Shown here: positions 24,726-32,000 of the stretch, in pieces | How positions within the stretch are numbered: the stretch's first letter is position 1 | Layout: every line of letters starts with the position of its first letter | Source: Gemmata obscuriglobus | Lineage (GTDB): Bacteria > Planctomycetota > Planctomycetia > Gemmatales > Gemmataceae | Reading direction: 5' to 3' | NCBI RefSeq assembly: GCF_008065095.1 | Contig: NZ_CP042911.1 | Coordinates: 2,340,001 to 2,372,000, forward strand | Length of the DNA: 32,000 bases | Position numbers and translations under genes: made by a program | The notes under the pieces: model-generated | What the model was told of the DNA's origin: nothing | Databases searched by the model: none | What the model saw: only the letters and a program-made list of their open reading frames with translations

Positions 24726-26852
24726 CTATGCGACAACCACGTGCGGCTTGCGGTCCTCGGGCACGTCGGCGCGGCGGATCAGCGTGTACACCATCCACGG
24801 CACGTTACCGATGCCGAACAGCACGAAATGCAGGTTCGCCGTCACCGGGTTTTCGAGCGACCATCCGAAGTGGATCTCCGGCACCCCGCCGGTCTTTGAC
24901 AACTCGAGTGCCGCCGCCGCCAGCGCGTGCGGGACCGAACAGCACCGGGTAATGTGGATCACCACCCGTCCGCTCTCGCGTGCGATGCGCACCAGCGGGC
25001 GCTGCTGGAAATTGCTCGGGTCCCCGAGTTCCGCGAGGATGAACAGCACCGGCAACGCGCCAGGGATGCGGTGCCGGGTGCGGATCTCGATCTCCTTATC
25101 GCGCAGGTCGTGTCGCCCGGGGCGCAGCGGGACGAGGATGGCCAGGTCCGCGGCCGCCAGATGCCGCCACTCTCGTTCACTCGATTCGTCGGCGAAGTCG
25201 AAGGACTCGAACCGGAACTCGGTGCTCCGCCACGCCCGACTGAGTACGGACACCGCCAGCACCACCAGCACGAACGCGCCGGCGATCACGGCGCCGACGG
25301 GCCGGTTCCACGCCACCGCCGCCGCGCACACGGTGAACGTCACGAACGCGAGCAGAAACAGCGGCGGGATGCGGAACGCCTTCCCCCAGTTACGCTCGGC
25401 ACGCCGGCGCCACACGTCCACCGTCGCTGCGAGTGCAGCGAACGCGAACAGCGCGAGCACCGCGGTCAGGTACGCGGCCCGGTGCGCGTCCACGTCCGCT
25501 CCGTAGTAGGCCGTCACCGCGAACTTCGCGGCTAAAAACAGGTACGCCAGCACGCCGAGCTTCACGGACCAGTTGAACTCCATCCCGAGTCGGTTCAGGT
25601 ACGGCGGTATCCACGACGACAGCGTGAGCGCGAAGCTGAGGCCCGCGAGGGCCAAGATCGATACCGTGGCGAGGTCGTAGGCGGTGCCGAACGTCAGCCC
25701 GAAGTTCGGGTTCAGTGCGGTCGCCGGGCGGCCGTCGGCGAGCGTGCCGCCGTGGGCGAGGTACGCGAGCGCGCGGTACTTCGCCGCGCCACTCGCCTCC
25801 TGGGCGCCCGGCGGGATCAGAACGGTGGTCACGACCGTCGACGTGAGCAAGTACGCCGACATGGAACCCGCCGCGAGCGTCAGAAGAACGCGGGTGTTGC
25901 GGATCACGGCCCGCGGTCGGTTCGGGTCGTCGGTCGGCTCCCCGCGCACGAGCGGCATTGCCATGAGCGTCAGTTCGAATCCGCTCAGCCCCAAACACAG
26001 CGCCGGGACCAGGGGCACGCACAAGCCCAGCAGCGCGCCCCACGACCCCGCCGGGCGCGCGACGACGTCGGGCTTCCAGTTCCCGGCCCACACGTCGTGC
26101 CACCATTCTTCCAGCAGTTGGGGGCGTTCGATCAGGTACGCGACCCCGCTGCCGACCACAACCAGCGTCAGCGCGAGGTACACCAGAACCGTGAGAGCGG
26201 CGAGCCGAACGAAGTTCCGGGTGTAACCCTTGAAGAAGATCAGCCCCGCGACCGTGCTGACCACCAGTAGCACCAGCGACACGGCGGTGGCACGGTTCCA
26301 CACCCCCTCGGTGCGCCGCTTGGTCGCCTCCGGGAGCCGGTCGCGCAGTTGGTCGCCCTGTCGGGTGGCGTCGTCGAGGGCCTGCTGCCATTGAGGGTGC
26401 GGGTTGTGCGTCAGGTGCTCGGCGGCCGACGCGGTTGAGAAGGTGCGCGTGAACATGAGGTCCACGGCGCCGAATGCGAGGAGCACCAAGAGGAGCAACT
26501 TCCCGAACCACCCGGGGACGGCCCATTCAAGTAACGCCGTGGACCCGCCGCCGAGCGGCGAGCGGCCCGCGATGTAGCAGTAAACCGGTAAGGCGAAGAA
26601 GAGTGTGACGAGGGCGATCAGCACGGTGACGAGCGGTGCGAGCCGACCGGCGGCTCCGAACGCGACCGACGGTTGGTACGCCAGGGTGCTGAGATAGTCC
26701 AGCCCGATGACGCATAGGACCCAGGGCCACGCCGCCCTGAACGGGGGCGGCGTCGCGGGGTTGCTGAGTTGTGGGGGAGTTCCGTGTTTCGGCTCCCCCG
26801 GCCTCGATGGAGGTTCGACGGACGTGTCGGACGGGGATTCGGGCGCGGGCAT
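24726..26852 (-). CDS. Large polytopic membrane protein, APC-superfamily-like permease (putative)
   Basis: About 708 aa from the ATG at 26852 (the track ORF starts at TTG 26867). Pro-rich cytoplasmic N-tail, then many hydrophobic helices (WPWVLCVIGLDYLSTLAYQPSVAF, LAPLVTVLIALVTLFFALPVY, ...) and a C-terminal soluble region. Coding status is confident and substrate is unknown. Confidence 0.7.
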   Translation of the reverse strand: MPAPESPSDTSVEPPSRPGEPKHGTPPQLSNPATPPPFRAAWPWVLCVIGLDYLSTLAYQPSVAFGAAGRLAPLVTVLIALVTLFFALPVYCYIAGRSPLGGGSTALLEWAVPGWFGKLLLLVLLAFGAVDLMFTRTFSTASAAEHLTHNPHPQWQQALDDATRQGDQLRDRLPEATKRRTEGVWNRATAVSLVLLVVSTVAGLIFFKGYTRNFVRLAALTVLVYLALTLVVVGSGVAYLIERPQLLEEWWHDVWAGNWKPDVVARPAGSWGALLGLCVPLVPALCLGLSGFELTLMAMPLVRGEPTDDPNRPRAVIRNTRVLLTLAAGSMSAYLLTSTVVTTVLIPPGAQEASGAAKYRALAYLAHGGTLADGRPATALNPNFGLTFGTAYDLATVSILALAGLSFALTLSSWIPPYLNRLGMEFNWSVKLGVLAYLFLAAKFAVTAYYGADVDAHRAAYLTAVLALFAFAALAATVDVWRRRAERNWGKAFRIPPLFLLAFVTFTVCAAAVAWNRPVGAVIAGAFVLVVLAVSVLSRAWRSTEFRFESFDFADESSEREWRHLAAADLAILVPLRPGRHDLRDKEIEIRTRHRIPGALPVLFILAELGDPSNFQQRPLVRIARESGRVVIHITRCCSVPHALAAAALELSKTGGVPEIHFGWSLENPVTANLHFVLFGIGNVPWMVYTLIRRADVPEDRKPHVVVA

Positions 26853-27085
26853 CTGCGGGCACTCCAAGACGGCCGGACTCGGCCGACTCGGGACATTTTA
26901 TGTTCCGGCGGCAGAACCTACCTGCCTGTCGCGCCTCCTTACACCAAGATCGCGTGGCTCGAAACTCGCCAGCGTGTGGAAGGGAGCGGTTGCAAATGCC
27001 GATGCGCTCACAGGCGCTGCCGGTCGGTAGGGTGGGAGCCAAGCGGCAACTCATTTCCGGGTGTGCCGGCGGCTCTCATGACGGC

Positions 27086-27114
27086 CCACCGGCCGTGCGT
27101 TATCCGGCCGGTGG
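27086..27114 (-). terminator. 10-bp GC hairpin just downstream of the DUF3467 gene
   Basis: ccaccggccg / tgcgttatc / cggccggtgg, ending 10 nt from the stop at 27124. Confidence 0.4.
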
Positions 27115-27123
27115 AACGCGAAC

Positions 27124-27453
27124 TCAACCTTGTGGGCGCAGACGGCGGTTCGGGTCCACTTCGATCGGACCGTAGGCCTGTTCGTGACGGGCCACGACCA
27201 TGCGCATGACGTCGGCCAACTTCTTGGCGGTTACGAAGTTGATCACGGCACGGTGGGTCAGGTTCACCGGCTCGGGGCCGGTCGGCGTGACCACCTGGGA
27301 GAACATGCCCAGGTCGAGCAGCACTTCGTCCGCGTTACCGGTCACGCGGAAAAAGTTCACGTACATGACCTCGAGGTCGGCATCGCGGATCGCGACTTGG
27401 GTCGGCTGCGCGGCCGCCGGGGGGACGACTTCGGTGAACGGAACATCGGACAT
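27124..27453 (-). CDS. DUF3467 family protein
   Basis: The ATG (complement of 27451-27453) has GGAG 7 nt upstream. MYVNFFRVTGNADEVLLDLGMF..PVNLTHRAVINFVTAKKLADVMRMVVARHEQAYGPIEVD matches the Y.N...V..T.EE...DFG ... V.RIV.....AK.L...L...V..HE..FG pattern I recall for DUF3467. Confidence 0.7.
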   Translation of the reverse strand: MSDVPFTEVVPPAAAQPTQVAIRDADLEVMYVNFFRVTGNADEVLLDLGMFSQVVTPTGPEPVNLTHRAVINFVTAKKLADVMRMVVARHEQAYGPIEVDPNRRLRPQG

Positions 27454-27831
27454 CGGAACGCTCCACAAGGAGTGAATGGGACTGTCTGGTGGCCGAGCGG
27501 TCGGCGCGGACAGCGGGGTGGCCAGTTACGGCCCGAGCCACAGCTAACGTACCGATTATGAGGACGTGAAAGAAGGTCGGGGGGTGAAGACATAATGGAA
27601 TCGGCAACGCCGCTGCGTCGAGTCGCGCCAGCCCATATTTGTGTTTTGGCGGTGCCAGAAGTTGCGGAGCCTTGGGCCTCGTTAAAGCGGCCGCGCGGGC
27701 GAACCGTCAGCAGATATTGATTCAATCTGCACGCGGCAGCCGGGCGCAGCTTATAATTGTAACTAGGTTTCCCGCGGCACCGGCGTGCCGGTACGTGCCA
27801 ACACGCCGGCGAGCACCACGAGAAAGCAGCT

Positions 27832-29334
27832 ATGGCTTCGCCGATCCTGACGGGGCAGTCGCAAACCGCAACCGGCCGGGCGTGGGCCTCTGTCCGGCGC
27901 TGGTGGCGCGGGCGCGACTGGCGGGTGTTTCGCTCCGCTGCGCCGGCCGCGATTGCTGCGCTGGGTGTTCTGTTCGTCGTGTTCGTGTGCGCTTCGCAGT
28001 CGCCCCGCGAACTTGAGGCCCGGTACCTCGCGCAGGGCAAAGCGGCGTTGCAGGCCAAGGACTACCCGCGTGCGCTAACGTGTTTCGAGAGGGTGTCGCC
28101 GACCGCCAACGACCCGGACGCGCATTACCGGCTGGCGCTTGCCGCCGCCGCCACCGGCGACTACGGCCGGGCGAGCGCGCTGATACACGGTCTCGCTCCC
28201 GACGGCCGGCCCGGGTACGCGCCCGCGCACTACTGGCGGGCGCGTCAACTGCTCGCCTCGTCGCCCGAACCGAACTTGGATAAGATGCCGCCCGCGCTCC
28301 GGGCGCGAGCCGAATCGCATTTGGTGCGCGCTCTGGACGGCGATCTCGGGGGCGACCGCCCGGCGGCTCTCGGGTTGCTCGGCCAGTTGTACCTCGTTGC
28401 CGGCCGGTTCGATGAGGCCGAAACTCGCCTTGGGCAGGCGGCGTCTACCATCCCGATGAGCCGATTGCACCTCGCGCAACTGTACCTCAAAAGGTCACCG
28501 CCTGACATCGGACGAGCCCGGAAAGAGGCCGAACTGGCCGCGAACCACTTTCGTGACCGCACCAAAGATGATTTGAATAATTATCCGGCGCGGCTCTCGT
28601 GGGCCACCGCAACAGCCTTCCTTGAGGACTTCTCGGGCGCCGTTGCGATCCTTGAAGAGGGGTTTGGCGCGACCGGCGCGCCGATTTTCCGTGCGGCACT
28701 GGCTAAGACGTACGTTGGATGGTACGACGTGCGCAAGAGGCAAGACGGGGCGGCCGGCGAGCTTATTGCTCTGCTCGCTAAAGGGCTCGCCCATGAGCCT
28801 GGGAGCCGAGAACTGCTGGATCGCATGTTGTACCATTTGCAGATCGGCGGCGGCGATGCGGATCAAGCTCGCGGTGTTCTGCGTGATCTGCTCGCGAAGG
28901 GGACTGCTGCGTCGGCCCATGTGCACTTCGCGCTGGCCGTAGACGCTCGGATGCGGAAGGATCACGCGACAGAGAAGATGCACCTTGAGCTTGCGCTCGC
29001 TGCAGATCCGCAAGCGGCGGTGGTAGCGAACAACTTGGCCTGTGCTCTTATGGAGCCCCCTCACTCCAATCTCCAGCGAGCGTTGGCGACAGTTAACGTT
29101 GCGCTCGGGCGTGAGCCTGCCAACCCGGTGTTCCTTGATACTCGAGGGCGCATTTACTTGAAGCTGGAGCGGTGGAAGGATGCGATAAGTGATCTTGATG
29201 CTGTGCTGACTCGGGCTCCAGATATCGACGGGGTGCATGCCGCTCTGGCGGCCGCCTACGATGGCATCGGGCAAACTGAGTTGGCCGACAAATACCGGCA
29301 GCAGGTTCCCCGCAAACATAATCCGAAACGCTGA
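27832..29334 (+). CDS. Membrane-anchored TPR-repeat protein
   Basis: 500 aa. N-terminal TM AAPAAIAALGVLFVVFVCA followed by repeated TPR-like 34-mers (AKDYPRALTCFERV, PDAHYRLALAAAATGDYGRA, GRIYLKLERWKDAISDLDAVLTRAPD, HAALAAAYDGIGQTELADKY). It lies directly upstream of the exosortase gene. Confidence 0.85.
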   Translation: MASPILTGQSQTATGRAWASVRRWWRGRDWRVFRSAAPAAIAALGVLFVVFVCASQSPRELEARYLAQGKAALQAKDYPRALTCFERVSPTANDPDAHYRLALAAAATGDYGRASALIHGLAPDGRPGYAPAHYWRARQLLASSPEPNLDKMPPALRARAESHLVRALDGDLGGDRPAALGLLGQLYLVAGRFDEAETRLGQAASTIPMSRLHLAQLYLKRSPPDIGRARKEAELAANHFRDRTKDDLNNYPARLSWATATAFLEDFSGAVAILEEGFGATGAPIFRAALAKTYVGWYDVRKRQDGAAGELIALLAKGLAHEPGSRELLDRMLYHLQIGGGDADQARGVLRDLLAKGTAASAHVHFALAVDARMRKDHATEKMHLELALAADPQAAVVANNLACALMEPPHSNLQRALATVNVALGREPANPVFLDTRGRIYLKLERWKDAISDLDAVLTRAPDIDGVHAALAAAYDGIGQTELADKYRQQVPRKHNPKR

Positions 29335-29710
29335 TGTTCACTCCCCCTGTACGGGATCGATCGCGTACTCTAACCCTGTAAGCTTGGTATTCTTGTCGCA
29401 AGTGGTCGGCTGATGAGATGTTGCGGCTTGCGAGGTCTTTTGGTGTTTGCGTTGCTCGCGGCCGTTGCCGAGGTGGCTACGGCAAGTTTGGAGGGCCTTG
29501 GGGGCTGCGTTTTGTTCAGGAGTGAATGAGGGTTTTGTTAAAGCTGTTCGAGTTGAATTGGGTTGATTTTTCAGGATGGTTGGTGGAACTGTTTTCACCA
29601 AAGTGCCGTCCAACGTGTCGGTTTTTAGCAGAGCGCCACAGATATCATTCGCCATCTGCTTCATGCCGCAGGTAATGCGTTGTCCTATTTCTTTGCTCGA
29701 GCATACGCCT

Positions 29711-31357
29711 ATGCTGACCGCGCCGACCGCCGCAACCATACCGACTGGCAAGACCTGCTCACGGGGTTGGGCGGCTGCCGCCGCAGTTGCGGCGGTCGCT
29801 GTGGCGGTCGCGCCGTTCCTTGTATGGCACCTGCGCTGGATGTCGGTGCGCGCGCACTACGAGGCGTTCCCGCTCGTTGTGCTCGGCGCCGCCGTCCTCG
29901 CTTGGGTGCGGTTCCGCCATCCGCTGACTTGTGCGAGCGAAGGGCCGGCGGCGCCGCGGATGATGTGGGCTGGTCTTCTAGTTGGGTGGGTTGGGGTGGT
30001 TGCGGCCGAGGTGCTAAGCTCCTCGTGGCTGGCGTGCGTGTCTGTGATGATACTGGTTCCCCCGCTGGCGTACGGGCTCGGTGGGCGCGAAGTGTTCCGG
30101 CGAGTGCTTCCTGCGTGGGGGCTGCTTTGGCTGCTCGTGCCGCCGCCGATGGATTTCGATCGGCTTCTGATTCTCCAACTCCAGGGCCTCACGACCGTGT
30201 GGAGCGGCGCGGTTCTGGATGCGCTGGAGGTGTTTCACCTTGCTGCCGGGAACGTGATCGAGATCGACGGTCGGTCTTTGCTCGTCGAGCAGGCGTGCAG
30301 CGGCATTAACTCGTTGTTCTCGCTATTGGCTTGCACGCTGTTCCTCGTTTTGCTGACCCGTCGCGGGTGGGGGCGCGGAACGCTTTTGATGTTGGCGGCG
30401 GTTGGGTGGGTGCTGGTAGCCAACGTGACCCGTGTGGTGCTGGTTGCCATGCTTGAGACCCGTTGGGGGGTGACCGCTGCGACCGGTTGGCGACACGAGG
30501 CGATTGGGGTGAGCCTGTTTACGGTAGCCGTTGGGCTGTTGCTGAGCACCGATCGGCTGCTTGAGTTTCTGACCCGTCCGAGCGCACGTGCCGCCGAATC
30601 GCCGCGCCCGGTGCCGGCTGCTGCTACTGTGCAAATGCCGGTGCCCCCAAAACAAGCCGTGCGGGTCGCTGCGGTCGTCGTGCCTTCGTTCCTCGTGATT
30701 GCCGGCCTGCACTGGGCGGCACGGGGTAACGAATCGATTGCACCCGTGACCGTGCCGTCGGAACTAGCGTCGAGCCCCGAACTGCTCCCCGCGAAAGTGG
30801 GCGAGTGGGAGCGGCGCGACTTCGGCACCGAGACTCGCGAGGCGCACAACTTCTTTGGCGAGCACTCTCAGAACTGGCTCTATTCTCGTCCAGAAATGGC
30901 TGTCAAATCCTCTCTGGCGTATCCGTTTCCCGGGTGGCACGATTTGACGTGGTGTTACCGCAGTACCGGCTGGCAGATCGACAGCCAGGAAGTGCGGACC
31001 CCGGCTAATGTGCCAGGCGGGTTTGTGCAGGTGCGGCTGTCTAAGCCGGGGTTTCGGCATGGGTTCTTGGTATTTTGTGAGTTTGATCGCTCGGGGCGTC
31101 CGTTTCTTGCTCGCCCGGGTGGCGCGCGTGAGCCGCTGTTTCGGCACGAAGCATCGTTCGACCGAATTCAAAGGCGGCTCGAAGGGCGACCGCTGCCTCC
31201 CCCTGAGCCCACGGGAGCGGCTTACCAATTTCAAGTGTTTGTGGAAGGGGCAAGCCCTCTCGCGGCTGAAGGTGAAGAGGATGTGCGGCAATTGTTCGTC
31301 GCGCTTCAGTCGCACCTGCGAGAGAGATGGGCGGCAGAGGGTGGTGCAAAACAATAA
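29711..31357 (+). CDS. Exosortase-family transpeptidase fused to a C-terminal EpsI-like domain
   Basis: Polytopic N-region with the exosortase signature residues: LLVEQACSGINSLFSLL (Cys codon 30296-30298), LVANVTRVVLVAML (N-x-x-R) and WRHEAIGVSLF (His). After a last TM (VAAVVVPSFLVIAGLHW) comes a roughly 200-aa domain, LPAKVGEWERRDF..NWLYSRPE..SLAYPFPGWHDLTWCYRSTGWQI, resembling EpsI family proteins. The start is uncertain: 29711 is preferred because 29576-29710 is much lower in GC than coding sequence. Confidence 0.8.
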   Translation: MLTAPTAATIPTGKTCSRGWAAAAAVAAVAVAVAPFLVWHLRWMSVRAHYEAFPLVVLGAAVLAWVRFRHPLTCASEGPAAPRMMWAGLLVGWVGVVAAEVLSSSWLACVSVMILVPPLAYGLGGREVFRRVLPAWGLLWLLVPPPMDFDRLLILQLQGLTTVWSGAVLDALEVFHLAAGNVIEIDGRSLLVEQACSGINSLFSLLACTLFLVLLTRRGWGRGTLLMLAAVGWVLVANVTRVVLVAMLETRWGVTAATGWRHEAIGVSLFTVAVGLLLSTDRLLEFLTRPSARAAESPRPVPAAATVQMPVPPKQAVRVAAVVVPSFLVIAGLHWAARGNESIAPVTVPSELASSPELLPAKVGEWERRDFGTETREAHNFFGEHSQNWLYSRPEMAVKSSLAYPFPGWHDLTWCYRSTGWQIDSQEVRTPANVPGGFVQVRLSKPGFRHGFLVFCEFDRSGRPFLARPGGAREPLFRHEASFDRIQRRLEGRPLPPPEPTGAAYQFQVFVEGASPLAAEGEEDVRQLFVALQSHLRERWAAEGGAKQ

Positions 31358-31810
31358 TCACAGTTGTTAGTGATGTGATGGTCGCGTGTTTTGCGGCCAA
31401 CTGCATTAAGTGGGCTCCCTTGGCGCTCAAGCAATATTGTCGAAGTGAATGCATAGGTAATTGCAAGGTTGTTGAGTGCCGGCGAGAACTTGCGGATATG
31501 ACGCGTTTCTTGTGTTTTTGGGCGATGATCGACAGATGGCTCATGAGGTGTTCGAGGTGAAGGGTTGGCGCTCGCTTCCGGCCGACATGGCTCGTGATGC
31601 TCACCGACCACCTCTGACGCTTCTATGAGGTACGGCCGTTTTGCTGTTAATGCTGTATCGCTTTTCTCTCGGCGTAATGGATTTTGTGGTTGTCGCGGAA
31701 TGAGTTTGGTGCTGTACGCCGTAAAAATACTGAAGTTGCTGGCAGGGCTTTTATGGGTTGGTTCACTGCCAATGCCTCTGCCGGTCATTCGGAGGTGTCC
31801 CTCGGCATGA

Positions 31811-31890
31811 TTGCGCTAAATTGACAAATTTTGTTGATTCCACAGGAAAAATAAATTTTCCACATGCAATTTACTCATATATTGAGTAGC
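31811..31890. promoter_or_regulatory. Extremely AT-rich core with TTGACA and a 20-bp-spaced direct repeat of TTCCACA; candidate promoter/operator
   Basis: Hand count gives 24 G+C in 80 nt (30%), in a genome where coding lines count 65-77%. TTGACA is at 31821-31826. AAATTTT..TTCCACA occurs at 31826-31844 and again at 31853-31864, with the TTCCACA copies starting at 31838 and 31858. Confidence 0.3.
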
Positions 31891-32000
31891 CTGAGTCTGG
31901 CTCGGAGGCGGCTCGGGTCGCAATCCTCCCGGACTACCGGAGATGTCGCGGCTGGTGGTTATGTTCGTCGTTCGGGTAATATCCGGATGTCCGCTCCGGA

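Noticed and set aside
27489-27504. GTGGCCGAGCGGTCGGC, resembling the D-arm of class II tRNAs (Ser/Leu)
   Set aside because: No matching acceptor stem, anticodon stem-loop or GTTCGAATC-type T-arm could be built from the flanking sequence, so this is not a tRNA.
27717-27757. TTGATT ... TATAAT as a sigma-70 promoter for the TPR gene
   Set aside because: The spacer between the hexamers is 29 nt, far from the 16-18 nt optimum. TATAAT alone is kept only as a weak hint within a finding.
29338-29751. 137-aa minus-strand ORF in the TPR-exosortase spacer
   Set aside because: Its low-complexity, Thr/Lys/Gln-rich translation has no motifs and no RBS. It overlaps the likely exosortase start and probably arises from the AT-richer composition.
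31041-31810. ORFs in the AT-rich tail (31041..31604 -, 31306..31788 -, 31327..31560 +, 31625..31810 +)
   Set aside because: They overlap one another, their translations are not protein-like, and no domains or start signals are present. The region is treated as non-coding or regulatory instead.
31818-32000. Possible partial genes at the right edge: plus-strand ATG at 31943 (MSRLVVMFVVRVISG..) or a minus-strand frame open from the edge to a stop near 31818
   Set aside because: Only about 20-60 codons are visible. GGAG abuts the ATG with no spacing, and the minus frame ends in the 30%-GC core. Neither can be supported without sequence beyond the window.
1-32000. Scan for CRISPR arrays, rRNA, transposases, integrases and prophage genes
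   Set aside because: I saw no regularly spaced direct repeats, no rRNA-like conserved blocks, and no DDE or tyrosine/serine recombinase motifs in any listed ORF. The repeats present are isolated palindromes.

Overview
High-GC window, roughly 65-75% GC in hand-counted coding lines. It is densely coding and almost certainly from a Planctomycetota genome of the Gemmata/Gemmataceae type. The lineage evidence is a TIGR02996-type N-terminus (MDADERALLDAIIAEPDEDTPRLVYADWLDEHG), a small secreted lipocalin-like paralog, an ECF sigma factor fused to a TM segment and WD40 propeller, DUF1570-like and DUF3467-like proteins, and STN-like secreted proteins. I support 25 CDS. Left third (minus strand): partial ilvA, a lipocalin-like protein, separate coaC and coaB genes, then an LPS inner-core block (hldD, lipoprotein HExxH peptidase, two-domain Kdo/WaaP-type kinase, GT4 glycosyltransferase) and smpB. 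Middle: a mini LigD-phosphoesterase-like protein, two hypothetical envelope proteins, the 1086-aa ECF-sigma/TM/WD40 fusion, an aminotransferase-fold protein lacking its catalytic lysine, a GDPD phosphodiesterase, an EEP nuclease/phosphatase and a TIGR02996 protein. Right third: an orphan REC-GAF response regulator followed by a tight operon (leaderless minimal S8 subtilase, 4-TM protein, Tat-signal ceramidase-like protein), a large permease-like membrane protein, DUF3467, and a TPR protein followed by an exosortase fused to an EpsI-like domain. I found no rRNA, tRNA, CRISPR array, transposase or integrase. Beyond the genes, the window holds several long, nearly perfect intergenic inverted repeats, some with arms that are themselves palindromes. 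GC drops from about 28.5 kb onward, ending in about 640 bp of ORF-poor, AT-rich sequence (a hand-counted 80-bp core is 30% GC) just after the exosortase. The best candidates for undescribed biology are the response-regulator/S8/membrane/ceramidase-like module, the compositionally atypical TPR-exosortase-EpsI locus with its AT-rich flanks, and the lysine-less aminotransferase homolog. All functional calls come from motif recognition by eye, with no searches run.
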